From Vicugna vicugna (lineage: Eukaryota), in contig MU058289.1 in the NCBI GenBank assembly GCA_013265495.1, positions 1,919,451 through 1,983,450 of the forward strand: a stretch of DNA of 64,000 nucleotides. Direction: 5' to 3'. Positions 22,318-35,800 of the stretch are shown piece after piece. The position numbers and the translations under genes were made by a program. The notes under the pieces were generated by a model, which was not told the origin of the DNA, did not search any database, and saw only the letters and a list, made by a program, of their open reading frames with translations. Positions within the stretch are counted from its first letter, which is position 1; the number at the start of each line of letters is the position of its first letter.

Positions 22318-25300
22318 CAGGGCTCTTTCCCCTGCAGGGTTTGGCCCTAGGTCCTGTTCTTCAGCTCTCCCATTCCAGGAGCCCCCCGGAACTCTTGGGA
22401 ACAACTCTTTGGGACTGATGGAATTCCATCTAACACACAAGCAGGTACACAGTTTCATATCCATGCAATCACAAATGTAAGTACCACTTGAGTCTCATGC
22501 TGTGATTTGTGCAAAAAGTAAATGAGCGACTTAATTTTCATTTACTAAGCAGTCCTGAGCACACAGGATAAAGCTACAGTGTAATCTGGGATGAACAAGT
22601 ACAGACACATGTCTGAGGATGATCAGACAGAGCCTCAGGGGAGGAAGACAACTGGTCACTCAGCTCAGACGGAACGGAAGGGAGGGAGAGGTGGACGGAA
22701 GGTTTTCTATTTCTGTGACTTCTGGGGGTGGGTGAAGTCCAGGCAGAGCTAACCTTTCTCTGCTTGTTATCACTCCATCTTGTGGGAGTGAGAGAAGAGT
22801 TAGCTCTGGCTGGGAACAGCCATGGCTGGGAGTCAACCGGGGAAGAGATTAGATGGTTGGAACTAAGTTAAAATGAGACTCTAAATCTCTAAGAACTTAC
22901 ATTTTCCTTGCTCCCCCCACCTCCCCCACAGATGGAAATGGAAAGAGGACAGTCAAGGCACATCCTGTAACTTTAAATGGTAAACGGATTTCTGAAGGGG
23001 GCAATGTTGCATGGGGAGCCATGCCTGATCTTCCTGGACACAGCCCATACCAGGGAGCCCTTCTGGAAGCGAGAGCAGGCAGGATTCTCACAGCCTGAAT
23101 TAATCCTGGCAACCTCCTCTGCTCCCACTGTCCCCCTCTCCAGCCAGGAAACAGTCAGTGCACTTGCTAAAGAACTTGTGCCCCGTCTCTCCAGACGTCA
23201 ACGAGAACTAATATTTACATCAGAGTAACAGCACACAGGTCTGTAGTGGCTTTGACTCATATGGAGTCCATGACTCCTTGCTTCTGAGAGAACTGAAGTT
23301 CTGAATGTGTTCAGTAATCCCCACTCCGCTTCGGCCAGCTGGGTTTCCTGGAAGCCCAGGGATGGCAAGCTCAGAATGACTGCAGTCTTTTCGAAGGCTG
23401 ATGCGAGCTCTCCTGCCTCTGCGATTGTTCCATTGCCCTGATTAATGACTCGGAGAAGGGCAGAGATGAAATGCTGCACAAACTTTCCAAACATACATTG
23501 TCAGGACCTTTTAAAGTGGCCAGCCCATGACTGCGACCTCTCACACAGGCCAATGGTGGCTGGGGGACAGAGTCCCCAGATCAGCCCCTGGGAAGTTTTG
23601 AGCAGCCATAGAAAATGATATATTTATCTAGCAGAATGTTCTCTCGCTGCATGTCATATCCTCATCAAGAATGGGAAAAGGGTAATTGGATTTAAATGTC
23701 AAGATGTTCCCAGTGTAAGGTGGAAGGTACATATCTATTTTCTCAGCTACAGTTTTTTTTTTAAGGTCTTCTTATGATAATGAAAACTGCAACCACTTGT
23801 TGCTGAGGATGACAGGAGAAAATTCTCAGAGATTTGGAGATAAATGCTGAGTCACAGCCCAGGGGCCAGGTGCGTGCCTACCAAAGGCAGAGGCCCCATG
23901 ACAGGTGGTCAGGGGAAGAATGAGAACCCAGGATTGAGCAGGGGGAATAGGCTGGGCAGAGAACAAACTGGAGGAGCCCTGGGGAGAGATGGCTAGGAGA
24001 ATGTGAGAAGCCCAGGCACTCCCTGGGGACAAGTCCTTCTTGGATTTCTGTCCTGTGGCCTTCGTCTGGATCTTGAAAAGCTAACTGTAAGGACTGAACA
24101 GCAGGGGAAGGTGAACTGTCTCCCCCATTTGTCTCAGCTCTAATCAAAGCCACCCTTATCCCCAGTCACCAGGTAGCTGATTTCCAATGCAGGGCACAGC
24201 TCTGAATGCATGTCCCACTGGCCCTGCACTTAGATGTGGAATGACAATGAGACACCACACATTCTTTCTTTCATGTATATTGGGGGCAGGGCTGTAGACT
24301 ACATGGCCACAGATCCCAAACTTCTGTGGTGTGGGGTCGGGAGGTGGTTGTGGGGGACAGTGTGTCTGCTGCTGCTGCTGTTCCCTTCAGGAACAGGAAG
24401 GGAGTTTGGACAGGACACTTCCCCAACCCCAAGGACACGGGATCTCTGCAGTGCCCCAGGTCCCCACACTGCACCAACATACTCATCTGCCAAGTAAGCG
24501 GTCACCCCAGTTGGCCTGGCAGGCACTGGACTAATCATCTGGTCTGAGCTCAGGCAGACACCCCCAGAGCCTCAGAAGAGTCCTCAGAGGGATTCCTTCT
24601 CTGTAAAAGCGAGGTCCCGCTCTCTGGAGATGGCAGTACCCAGCTAAAGGAACAGCCAGGTGCAAACCATAGACAGGGGAGGGGAAGCAGTCTAGCTGAG
24701 GACCAGCTGGGGAGACTTTCTAAGAAGTGCCATCCACCCTACACCTTCATTCTGAACAGTAGGGTCTAGGGGAGCCCCGTATGATCCTAACATGCGTTCA
24801 ATGTTCAAGTCCTGGTTAGACTTCTCCCTTGCCCCCATCCATGTTCATGGCTGATGATGAAAGATGGTTTCCTCGGGAGGTGGGAGTGGAGTCCCGGAGG
24901 GCGCCTGAGGAAGGCAGGCAGGAGGCAGGACCCCAGGTCAGCACAGAGTGTGGCTTAATCAGTTCCTGGCTAGTTCTTCACTGCTGGTTTCCAAAAAGCA
25001 CCTCGACTCTGATACACTCTCTAATTCATCCTCCAGCCTCCTTCCTTGCCCTTCAGGAAGGGGTCCAATTCTCAGTTCAGCAAGCACAACTGATAGAGAC
25101 AAGGATGAAAGCAAATCATTCATCCTGAGGGCAGACTATGGGGCGTTGCTAGGAACTCAGTGGAGCACAGGCTTAGGAAGGGATTCCAAAGGCTGCCTCC
25201 GCCCAGAAGGCCTCCAAGACTGTCCCCAGGCTAAGGGTCCGTGCAGGGGAACGAGGCAAGAGGCCCTTCCAAGAGCAGGCTGGGGCTCGGGTGTCTGTTT

Positions 25301-25570
25301 TGTCATTTGCAGCAGCAACATAGATGGACCTAGAGATTGTCACTCTAAGTGAAGTAAGCCAGGAAGAGAAAGGAAAATACCATGTATCACTCATATGTGG
25401 AATCTAAAAGAAAAAAGGACACTATGAACTCACCCACAAAACAGAAACAGACTCGCAGACATAGTAAACAATCTTACGGTTATGGGGAAAGAGGGTGGGA
25501 AGGGATAAATTTTGGAGTTCGAGATTTGCAAATGTTAGCCACTCTATATATAAATAGATTTTTAAAAAAC
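25301..25570 (+). mobile_element. L1 3' end fragment
   Basis: catttgcagcagcaacatagatggacctagagattgtcactctaagtgaagtaagccag...tcactcatatgtggaatctaaaa...acagaaacagactcgcagacatag. Confidence 0.85.
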
Positions 25571-25683
25571 TCACAACCCTTAATTAGAAACAGGTGGCGG
25601 AGACATTGGATTCCATTCACAGGTGTGAGTGATCCTTCTGGTGGAAAGCAGAGTCTGATTTTCTACGGCTGGTGTGGAGCGAA

Positions 25684-25760
25684 GTGTGTGCGTGTGCGCG
25701 CACGTATGTGTGTGTGTGCACGCGGGTGCGTGTGCGTGTGCGTGTGTGTGTGAGAGAGAG
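25684..25760. repeat. Compound (TG/CG)n alternating purine-pyrimidine tract followed by (AG)n
   Basis: Alternating RY at 25684-25724 and 25726-25752, then agagagag. Confidence 0.9.
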
Positions 25761-26220
25761 GGAGGAAGGGGGAGAGGTGGGTAAGGAGATGGCTCTAGCG
25801 CAGACTCCCTGGCTGCCTGTGGGCTGGGGAACCAGGAGAGGGGGCAGCACTCAGCTGAAGGCAGGCAGTGTCCCCTCACATTCACTTCTCATGCTGCCAG
25901 GGACACACTTGGCACCTTTCCCCATCAATCTGTGAGTTCTCTTCTCCAGCTCAATCGCTTACTCTGAGCGCTAAGTGTTTGAAGCCTTGGCTGGATGTGT
26001 CCCCTCACCCCCTGTTGAGAAGCAAGGAGGTGGCCTCTGTGGCAGGAGGCTGAGTGTCAGGGAGGAGGGGGCCCGAAGCTGTCCCCGCCTCTCTTCCCTC
26101 TCTTCCCAGCCAGGCTGTGTCCAGGGATTGTCTGTCTCTGCCAACAGCTGGGATTTTGCTAATGGAAAGCCAGCTCTGACACTGCTGCCTGCCAGCAAGC
26201 ACATGCCTTTAAAGGCTGCC

Positions 26221-26256
26221 TCCTCCTCCTCCTCCTCCTCCTCCTCCTCCTCCTCC
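26221..26256. repeat. (TCC)12 trinucleotide microsatellite
   Basis: 12 perfect TCC units. Confidence 0.95.
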
Positions 26257-27172
26257 CCAGGGCCACGGGCTTCCCCGCCTGAAATTTACTGCAGCTTCTT
26301 GCCTTGCTTGGCTGTGGCACGGAGGACCCCTGGACAGAGACCCTGCTCACTCTCTGCTCAGCTTGATGCAGAGGAAGGGGGATGCTGGGGACCAACTGGG
26401 GAGGATTCATGGTTGTCACTGGGACATCACCCCCAACTCACTGTGCAGGGTCTTCACTCACTCTCCACCCCTCAGGCAGGAAAGGTACTCAGGGTAAGTC
26501 AGCTCTCAGGGAGGGGTGCCAGGCATGGTGGGAGGGGCAGGAGAGGCCTTACTCCGCTTGGCTCAGGGCAGCTCTGGGAGCAGGACGGGGGGTCCCCATT
26601 CCCGGCAGACTCTGCTGCTGGTGACCCTCCTGGCCTGGGTGGGCACTGAGTAAGAGCCCTCCCTCCCCCTTCTGCCCTCAGTGAGCTCCTGCAATTGGGG
26701 TGACAGTGGAAGGGCACACTCCTGGGGGTTAGGAGCCTGGGGCCTGACCTGGCTAGTCACCACCCCCACCCCTTCACCTCCACCCAAGGGCAGCACTCTG
26801 AGTCATGCCTGGGGGTCCCCGCTGCTGTCTGCTCTTAGAGAAGGAGCCTCGACTTGGAGAATCTACAGATCTACAAGATCAGCCCCTGAAGCCTGAGATG
26901 GGCTGTGGGTGTGGAGTGGGGCCTCGAGAACAGTGCTCCACGAAGTCGGGCGTGACACAGAGCACCCTTAAACGTCATGTGTTTTTTTGGAGCTGAAGCT
27001 GGAACCAGTGATTTATCCATGATACTCCATCTTGTGCGGAGAGGGTTGAGGATGGTGTACAAGACACGCCCGCATGAATTAAAAGTTGGCCCCACAAAGG
27101 AGAAACAAGGAAGGGGCTCTAAATGGATCCAACGTTCAGCCTTCACAACGATGTATTCATTTGGGAATAGGC

Positions 27173-27869
27173 TGTGGTGTAACAAAGAATATACCCAGTC
27201 TTTGTCCTCAGGCTCCTGGCACAGAGCTTCAAAAACCCCTGGAATCTCCTGAGTGGTAGGTGTCTTTGTTATGCTAATGAGATGACTCCTGTGGGGGTCC
27301 CGAGAGAACTTCAGGATGGGGGCGGGTCACCAGAAAGGTCAACCATCTGATTGGAGAGTTGGGACTTTCAGCGCCTGACGGAGACGGGGTGGGGCCCGCA
27401 GACTGAGCTCTATCCTGCGATCAGTGATTAACTGATCGCGCCTCCGTTCTGATACCTCAATAAAAACTCTGGACACTGAGGCTCAGGGGAGCGCCTGGTT
27501 AAACACACTGATGTGCCAGGAGGGTGACGTGCCCAGACTCCATGGGGAAGGACATGGAAGCTCTGAGTTCAGGATGCTCCTAGACCTGCTCTGGGTGTAT
27601 CCCTTATAATGGAGCTGTTACGGCAAAGATAGCACTTTCCTGGCTTCTGTGACTGATTATCAAACTGGAGGGCATGGTGGAACCCCTGAATTTGTAGCCC
27701 ACGGGTGAGCAGCGGGGGTGGCCTGGGGACCCCACTTGCGGCTGGCGTCTGCAGTAAGCTCAGTCTTACAGGGGACTCTGCCTTCCACTTGTGGGACTGA
27801 CAAGGGTGTTAGAGTCAGAACTGCATTCTGTGTTGTAGCCCCCACCCCGCTCCTAGTTGTGGGGAAACA
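27173..27869 (+). mobile_element. MER21-like LTR
   Basis: tgtggtgtaacaaagaatata...ctcctggcacagagcttcaaaaacccctggaat...ttatgctaatgagatgact...caataaaaactctggacac...ggaacccctgaatttgtagcc. Confidence 0.78.
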
Positions 27870-28576
27870 GACCAGGGCATGAGCTTCTCAACAGCCAAAG
27901 AAGAACAAGGATTCTTGGTGGGGGCATTAGACAAGGGGACTCCCCTGTGATAGGTGAATGCGTGGACCTCATCCTAAAATTCAGAGCAATGACAAGCCCC
28001 AGGAGCTGTTTTCCAGACCCCCTCAAAGAAAGAGTCAGCGTCACACGGAGCACAGCCAGCTCTTGGCTGGACTCACAGGGCCACGCTCAGTGTGGTAGCA
28101 CACCCAGTGGGGTTAAAGTGAACGCTCAGAGGCCCCAGCATGTGGATGGAGGGCCCCCCGACACCTGAACTGCAATCCCTGCCATGTGATCAAGGTGCTG
28201 AGATGCCTCTCCTGTTCCCGAGGCTGGGAGCTGCTTCAGGTGGAAATGGGGTCTGAGGCAGCCAGCAAGAAGAGCAGAGCATCCTCACTCCTCTCCTCTG
28301 CCCAGGCTCTTCCTGGGCAAACCAGAGAATTAAGCCGTACTCCACTGCCCAGGGCCCAGAGCTCCATGGGAAGAACTTGAACTTGTCTCCAGTCATTGTT
28401 TGCACACATGCGGACACATAATGACACACCCAGTGAGCTGAAGGTGAAACCCAGTTCCCCTAACACCCAAATTCCTCTGCTGAGTTTATGACTGCCCTCT
28501 CTATCCAAAACGTTATGCCTTTTCTTGTCCTGCACTTGTTCCCCTCAGGACTGAGGGATATCAAAGAAAAGGGGGA

Positions 28577-29150
28577 TCAAAGCTGAGCAGGACACTGCGG
28601 GGCCCTCCTGGGTACAGAGGCCTTTCTAAGTCCCCCATCTCTTGTTTGTAGAAAAAGGCTTTAGTCTCCTAAACCTTCCCTGAGTTCCAAAGAGTGTATT
28701 AGAATCGTCACTAATTAGACAAGTGAGGGAATGCAGAAACAAAGGAAAAGGAGTCAAGAAACAATAGTTCAGCAATAACACAGAGTCCAAGTTCCTCCTC
28801 AAGGGATATAGAGTTGTTCTGCAGGAACTAAGGCCCCCCACCTAGGTGGAGGGTGGGGGATGATGACTGAATGCTGAGCAGAAGCATGCAGACCCCAGAC
28901 TGGTTGGAGCCAGAAAATTGATGATTGATGTTCCTGAAACACCACCAACAGATCAGAACGTTATGCCCCCTGCATCCCTCACCCCAAATGCCGGGGCCAG
29001 CAAGTAAGATGGATTTGAGACAAACCTCTATTTCCCATTTCCTCAGTTGGCGTCCTCTTGATCAAGAAAACTTTTTCTGCTCCAAACCCCGACATTTTGG
29101 TTTGTTTGGCTTCACTGTGTGTCAGGCACATGAACGTGGGTTCAACAACA
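28577..29150 (+). mobile_element. ERV1-like LTR directly preceded by a polypurine tract
   Basis: AAAGAAAAGGGGGA at 28563-28576, then gctgagcaggacac...ccttccctgagttccaaag...gtcaagaaacaatag...gaccccagactggttgga...; ends ttcaacaaca. Confidence 0.65.
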
Positions 29151-29259
29151 AAGAGGGCAGCAGTACATTCCAGGCCCTCGGAGGGGCAGGGGCAAAATGA
29201 TGCCCGAGGGAAAATGATCACATGTCTGCGTAGCCCCACGCCGAGCTTGGTCCCCATAT

Positions 29260-29362
29260 TGCCTCATTTAATTCTCACCTGCCATGTGAGGAAGCTCTGT
29301 TAGTAACCTTACACCCACCTTATGGATAGGGAGACTAGTCTCAGAGAAGTGAAGTTTCTCCC
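29260..29362 (-). mobile_element. MIR fragment
   Basis: ctcatttaattctcac...ttatggatagggagactagtctcagagaagtgaag. Confidence 0.6.
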
Positions 29363-29369
29363 CAATGGT

Positions 29370-29520
29370 GTCCCTGCTTCACCCTTGCCCCACCCCAACT
29401 GTTTGCACACAGCAGCCAGAGTGATTCTTTATGCTGTAAATCAGAACACGTCATTTCCCTATGAAGGCGCCCCAGTCACATCCCACCTGTGGTATGCAGC
29501 CCCCAATATGGTGCTCAAGG
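29370..29520 (+). mobile_element. L2 fragment
   Basis: cacacagcagccagagtgattcttt...aaatcaga..cgtca. Confidence 0.5.
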
Positions 29521-29589
29521 GCCCCCCTGCCTGGTAACATGGCCTTGCAGTCCCTTCCCCATGTGTGTGGGAGACCAGCCTCTAATACA

Positions 29590-29866
29590 CAGGGGACAGC
29601 TAACCTGATGCATGTTACTTCTGACTGTAAGTTACAGACACTGAGACTGCGGTTTGGTCTGCCCTGTCCTGCTTACTCGCTCTGAAAGCAGCCAGCTCCC
29701 ATGTTGTGAGAGGGGGAGGCCCACACAGCAAGGGACTGGGGGAGTTCTCTGTCCTGAGAGGAATGACTCCTGTCAACAGCTGTTTTTCTGAGCTCGGAAA
29801 CAGATCTGCCCTCAGTCAAACCTTCAGATGAGACTGCCTCCCCAGCCACACCTTGATTGTGGCCTG
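29590..29866 (+). mobile_element. MLT1 (E/F-like) LTR fragment
   Basis: cagccagctcccatgttgtgag...ggcccaca..gcaaggga...cagtcaaaccttcagatgagactgc...caccttgattg. Confidence 0.65.
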
Positions 29867-32800
29867 TTTGCCCCTGAGCTTCCACTGGACTTCCCTCCAA
29901 GTTCCCCTGGCGACTGAGGCCTGGAGCTCCTGGGGGGCCCTAGTGGCAGGGTATTCTGGTGTAAATGGGGTGGGCCCGTCTCCCCTCTGTCCCACTCCTG
30001 CTAGATGCCAGCAGGGCAGCTCCCTGGGCCAGAAGGCTTTGTCAGCACTCAGTCAGATGCTCTTCTTGTCTGTTTCCAGCCCCTCCCACAGGATGCAATG
30101 TGGCCCACGGAGGGTGGGGTGGGGGGCAGAAGTCAGACTAGAGCAGCCAACATCATGGGTATGTGAGCTTGTCTCCATTCTGAGGCCCAAGGCTCCCTCA
30201 AGGGGGCAAACCTGCCTCAGGATGCATTCTTTCCCTGGGGGACCCCAGCTTCTCTTGACCCCACCTCACAATCTCCCAGGCAGCTGGAAGGGGTAGGCTC
30301 TGCCTCCCTCCTTCCCTCCCTTTCCTGTTCTGGGCTCCCTGCACCTCTCTTCCCAGTGAGCTGTGAGTCTCATGAGGGCAGATGCACCTCTGGGTGCCTG
30401 TAGACAGCTTGGGGGTGGCCAGGCTGCTGATTGAATGAAACCCAAGTATCAGAGGACACGCTGGGAGCTCTCAGCTGGGACTGCATGAGGGCTCTGGGCA
30501 TGGTTATTTGAGGTCCAGCCTGAATGCGCCCGATCTTCACCTGGTACCAGTTGGCACTAAATCCCCCCACCCCTTCTTTGGATCTGGCAGGCACCCTGAA
30601 GGACGTCCATTGTCGGAGGCTGTGGTGTGTAGTCCTGGGAAAAGCCAGGGGGAGAAGCAGATGCTACTCAGAAAGGTGAAAAGTACCACCGCCCCTGCCA
30701 CAGGAGCCACCCCCAAAGCCGCATCCACATACGGCCAGATGGAGGACACAGACATCACCCCTCCCCCAGGCCAGAGTCGGAGTGGATTCTAAACTGGATG
30801 GGACTGTGTTAATTATCCCGAATTTGTCCAAGAAATCATGCGCTGGACTGAATCTACCAGAGAGAGTAGCTAAGTAGTCTGGGGAGGTGGGGTGTGGCTG
30901 CGGGTCTAGAACTAAACAATTAAAATCTATTCTGGGAAGAAAGTTCTGACTGTGATGCCAGAATTTCTGTGGACTGCCATAGGTGTGGCTGTGAACCTGT
31001 CAGGAGGCTAGAGCTGGCTGTAGCCCCCAGGCTCTGCTCACAGCATTGGGGCTCGGCTACCCACAGTCCTGCCCTGGGGCCCCTGGGGAAAGGACCCCCA
31101 GTCTGTGACCCACCGCAGGTGGTTAGAGCCTGGCTGGGTTTGGGGCTCAGCAAGGCAGTGGGGCCAGGGCTGCGGGACTCTGGAAGGGGAGGCAAAGGAA
31201 GGCACACAAGTTTGTGCAAACAGCACACAGAGGCTGGCCTGGAAGGCAGCCACCAGCCCGCTGCAGCAGGAGGTGTCCCCAGGGAGCAGATTCACTTGGC
31301 ACCTGGTCACGGTAATTACTGCTGAACTTTAAAACCTAATGCAGCAAAACCGCAAATATTTAACATGTGCTCCTCCTCCTGGGGGGGCATGGAGGAAACA
31401 GGAGCAAATGGCCAGATTCACAACATGAACTCCGAGTCTGCTCACAAAGAGGATTAATAAAGAAGCCAGCCGAGACAAGATGCACGCCCCCCGGCCAGCA
31501 GCAGTCCCCCGCCCCCAGCGCTGCTGGGAGCATGAGCCCGGCCAGCCGCAGATTCTCAGCTCCTCCGAGGCCCACTCTGGCACAGACAAGTGCACAGACA
31601 CTCGTGTGTGTGGATACACCTGCCCACAGGCTGGCAGGAGCCTCCCCGCTCTCTGCCCAGTCCCCGGGCCCCCCAGGCAGATCTCCTCGAGTGGTGCTGA
31701 GAGGAGCCACGGGAACTGGTTCAGCCTCCTGGGTTAGCACAAGTTAGTGGTCTGGCCCAGCCTTTCCATCCAAGCTCTGCAGATGGAGGACTTCCAGGAG
31801 GGGATGCCCACGGTACCAGGATTCCCCTCTGGCGGGAACAAAGTCCAGAGCAAGGGAACACAGTTCTGAAGAAGCTGGTGTGGGAGCATCATGACTTGGG
31901 CACATCTGAGGAGCTAGACACATGGCTGTCAATGGCTCCCACGTGATTCTGGACAAAGTGCATTGTCCCAGCAGATGCCTGTGCTGGGAGGGGAACCCAT
32001 CAGGTCGGGAGAAACTGGGGAGCATGGCCAGACTGGGTGCTGGTGTGTGTGGGAGCAGCGCCGAGGCCAGGCAGCTGGGAGGCCCAACTGCGGGCTCTGC
32101 TGTCACCTTTTCCTCCCACTCCGTTTGCTCACAACCCTTGCCCCTTACAAGGAGACCCCTCCTATCTGGCAGCTGAGATGAAGACACAAACCCAGAGCTG
32201 CCCTTGCCAAGTGTGGGGCTCGGCGCCTTTGTGGAGAGGCAGTTATTTGGTGGGTGTCTCTGCTCCAGGAAACTAGACCCAGCTCCAGATTTCCCACCCA
32301 GCAGAGAGGTCAAGGGTCTGTGGCCTTGCCACCACACCGAGGCTGATGCCTCACCTTTAAATGGCTCAATACTCACTGTGACCAGACCCATGTGACCTGG
32401 CTCTGTCCCCTACCCTACCCACAGCCCCACCTTGCACTTCCAGTGGGAAGCATGGTCATCTCAAGAGATGAGTGGCCCAAGGTCCCACTGCCCAGGTCCA
32501 CGAAGGCCTCAGGGCAGAGCTGGGTCAACTCCAGCCTCCAGCCAACTGGCCTCTTCCAGGTAAGGGAGGGAAGAAGAGGGATTGTGCAGGATGTCCCCAC
32601 CACCATGAGCAATGACCTTCCTGTGCAGCCTGGCCACTTCTCTCTGGGCTGCTGGACTGCAGGCAAGAGCCCCGAGGGGCCCCATTCCAAGTGGCAAGTC
32701 TAGCTGAACCCAGGCCCCCGCCAGGCCACCCTGACCCAAGTGTCTTCAAAGTGTCTACCATGACCAGATGAGGGGACACAAAGGGACAGGGAATGCTGGG

Positions 32801-35800
32801 GCTGGAGGTGAGGGCTCACCCATGGCTGAATGCCCCAGTCTGGTGCTGCCTGCTCCTACTCCCACCCGACCCCTTCCCTGCTCACGCCTCTCTACTGAGA
32901 CCCCCAGAGTCCCAGGTGAGGACCGGGATGGAGGGTGGTGGGGAGCCACAGGGGAAATCCTACCTCCCTCCTGCCATTTGGAACAGACAGGGAAGAGAAG
33001 GCGGGAAGAGTCACCCCCTTCTACTAATGGGGACACCAAAGCCCCTCCAGGCGCCAGGCCTCCAAGACCCCACCCAGGGCCCAGCAGGAGCCCAGGCTGG
33101 CACAGTGACCGAGGGATGTGGCCATTGGTTTTTAATTTTCATCGTTCCCAAATTTCATCAACGAAAATTTCAGGTTTGAAGGCTTAAGACCTCAGGCTCC
33201 ACTCTCAGAATGCGGGTCTGAGGAGCCAGGCCAGTGGCCAGTGGATGTGCTCCAGGAGGGGATGCCCTGGCGGTACCTCTGAGGGTGGTCAACCTGGAGC
33301 TAAAGGGAGATGCCCTTCCAGGCTCGGGATCTCCTAGCCCTGCTCGAGTCCCTGTGACATGCAGAGGCATAGACCTGGGGACCCAGCTGTGACCCCTCAG
33401 TCACACACACAGCTACTCAGCTCCTGACCCACCCACACAATACCACACACCGGCACACACACGCTCCTGGCTCTCATGACACCTGCTCCCCACCCCTCAA
33501 CACGTCCATGCACAGCTGAGTTGGATGGCTCCCCAGGGCTTGGAGCACACTGCCTGCCTCCTGTCCCCATCACCTCTGGGTGCCTCCTCCAGGGATCTGC
33601 CTTGGAGCAGCTGCAGGCTGTCCGTGCTCCAGCCTGGCCCCCCAGCTGGGGTGAGATGGGCTCATGTGTGGCTCCTCCCTCTGGGCCCCTGGATCAGCTG
33701 CAGAGAGGAGGGGCTGCTGGGGATGGCCCAGGCCCCTCCCCTGCCCCACCCACAAGCGGCCTTTTTGTTTGAGCTGGCTCCCGAGCCCTTCCCAGGCTTT
33801 CCACGCCTGCCATGTACAGAGGCAGTGACCCCACGCCTGCCCTGAGGGCTCCAAGGATGGGGAGGTGGGTAAGGAGACTGGTGCAGGGGGCAGCCCCTGA
33901 GGGGCAGACATGGGCCTGGCCTCCCCCCTCTCCAGGGCCATCCCCTGAAGATGAGACCCACCCAGCAGAGCCGTCTGGGCCTGTTCCTGCACGCAATGGG
34001 GGAGGAGCTTCCTCCAGGCTGCAGGCGCACATTTTAAGGTGCCTTCAATTATTCATGGAGACTTGGAAGAGCTGCCTGCCTGCTGTGAGCCACCCTGCTG
34101 CCACTCACAGAGGGCTGCCTCCGGCTGCTCTGGCTATATCCCAGAAGGGCCTTGGATGTCTCCATCCAGGATGCGAGGACCACTGGGAAGGCAAGGCCCC
34201 CACGCTGTACCTGACCCCCTAAGAGAGCGCTGGCCCAGCACCTTCCCCTTCTTCTGAGAGGCTGCCATGGGGTTGGGGGCCCCACACCCAGGGTGCAGAC
34301 TGGGTCAGAGTCTGTCGGGAAGGGGTTAGGCAATAGAGCAGGAGCAGGACGGGGTCTGACCGGGGAGTCTTGGGGGAGGGTTTGGGTTTCATGGGCAGAA
34401 GCCAGTTTAGGGCCTGGGTGACTGGTAACCAGTGGAGCCTGGTCCAAGGCAGGTGGCCAGGGGCCAAGGTTGTTGAAAGCCCAAAGCTAGAGCAGCTGAC
34501 CTCACTCAGGGCCCGCATAGTGGCTGTTTTGAGCTCCGACAAGAGGCTGGGGGCACTGAGGATGCAGGTCCGGTGCCTTTAGGCTGCACCTTTCGTACTT
34601 GGGACATGAGACCCTCGCCAGGGAGAAAAGTGCCAAATATGGCTCCTGCCCACCAAGCCTCCTGTTGGCATCCAATCAGCACCCACTGTTCCCCCTCCCC
34701 ACTCTCAGCCCTGCAATTTGGACAAGATGACACCACACACACCAGGAGGGACATGTGATCCAGCTGCACCAACCAGCTTAGTTCATTCCCACAGGAATTG
34801 ACTCAAGGAGGGTCAGGTGACAAAGCCAGGGTGATAATGGAGGCCTAGAGATGACAGGGCCACACCTTGGTGAAAGGCTGCCTGGGAATGAAGCCCATAA
34901 GAGGAAAGCAGAGGTGAGGAATAGAGAAGCTGTGTTCTGATGACTGAGATAGCAGCTGAATACAGCCCTACCTGATGCCATCTCTTTCAACTGAAATGTT
35001 CTTGTCAACCCAGGACCCTTCTCCCTACAGATTCCCTTCCTCTTTCTGGCACCTGCTTTCTCCAGCAGGAAAGGGACAATGGGTGGGCACAGAGCTCCAG
35101 TCACCACTCCTCCCTTTCAGGCACCAGCTAAAGGGGGAGTGACGTGACAGTGAGATGGCCCACGGTAGGGCATCCTGCAGGCACCCCTCTCCCAGAGAGA
35201 GGACTCAGGGGTACCCAAGGGTATGCAGCCTCTGGCATGTACAGCAGCATCCTGATGACACACGCAGGCACCCGGCACACACCTTCCTGTAGACACACAT
35301 ATGCGCACACACTCACAGACATGGGCTTCTATACATGTGCACACACTCAGGGATGTGCATGCAGATCTGCACACACAGACATGCACATTCTCAAATAAAT
35401 GCTCACTGTCAGATGCACATTACAGAGGAGCCCTCAGGCACACCCTAAAGGCTGGCAGTCACCCTCCAAGCTGCTCATACTCACAGGCACACGTGTGCTC
35501 ACGAGCTCAGGGCGAGTTCAGGTTCCCACTAAGTGGAGCTCTTGGTGGGATCACATGTTGGAGGTGGACCAGGGCGAACGCCCTTGGCCTGCAGGGGCAT
35601 GGGGCAGAGTCTGACACTGCCTCCTGGTCTCCAGAAGGCCTCGGAGCAGAGCCATGGATCTCTGGAAGGGTGAACACCAGGTGAAAAATGATTAACTGTC
35701 ACTCAGCCCTTGAATGATGCAGCTTGCTCTTGGCAAAGGGCTGACACGTTATTGATCCACTGAGTGTACTCAAACCAGCAGCCCCAGAGCCTGAGCCAGG

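Noticed and set aside
25975..26649. 224-aa ORF with poly-Ser
   Set aside because: The poly-Ser is just the (TCC)12 microsatellite, the start is GTG, and there is no domain.
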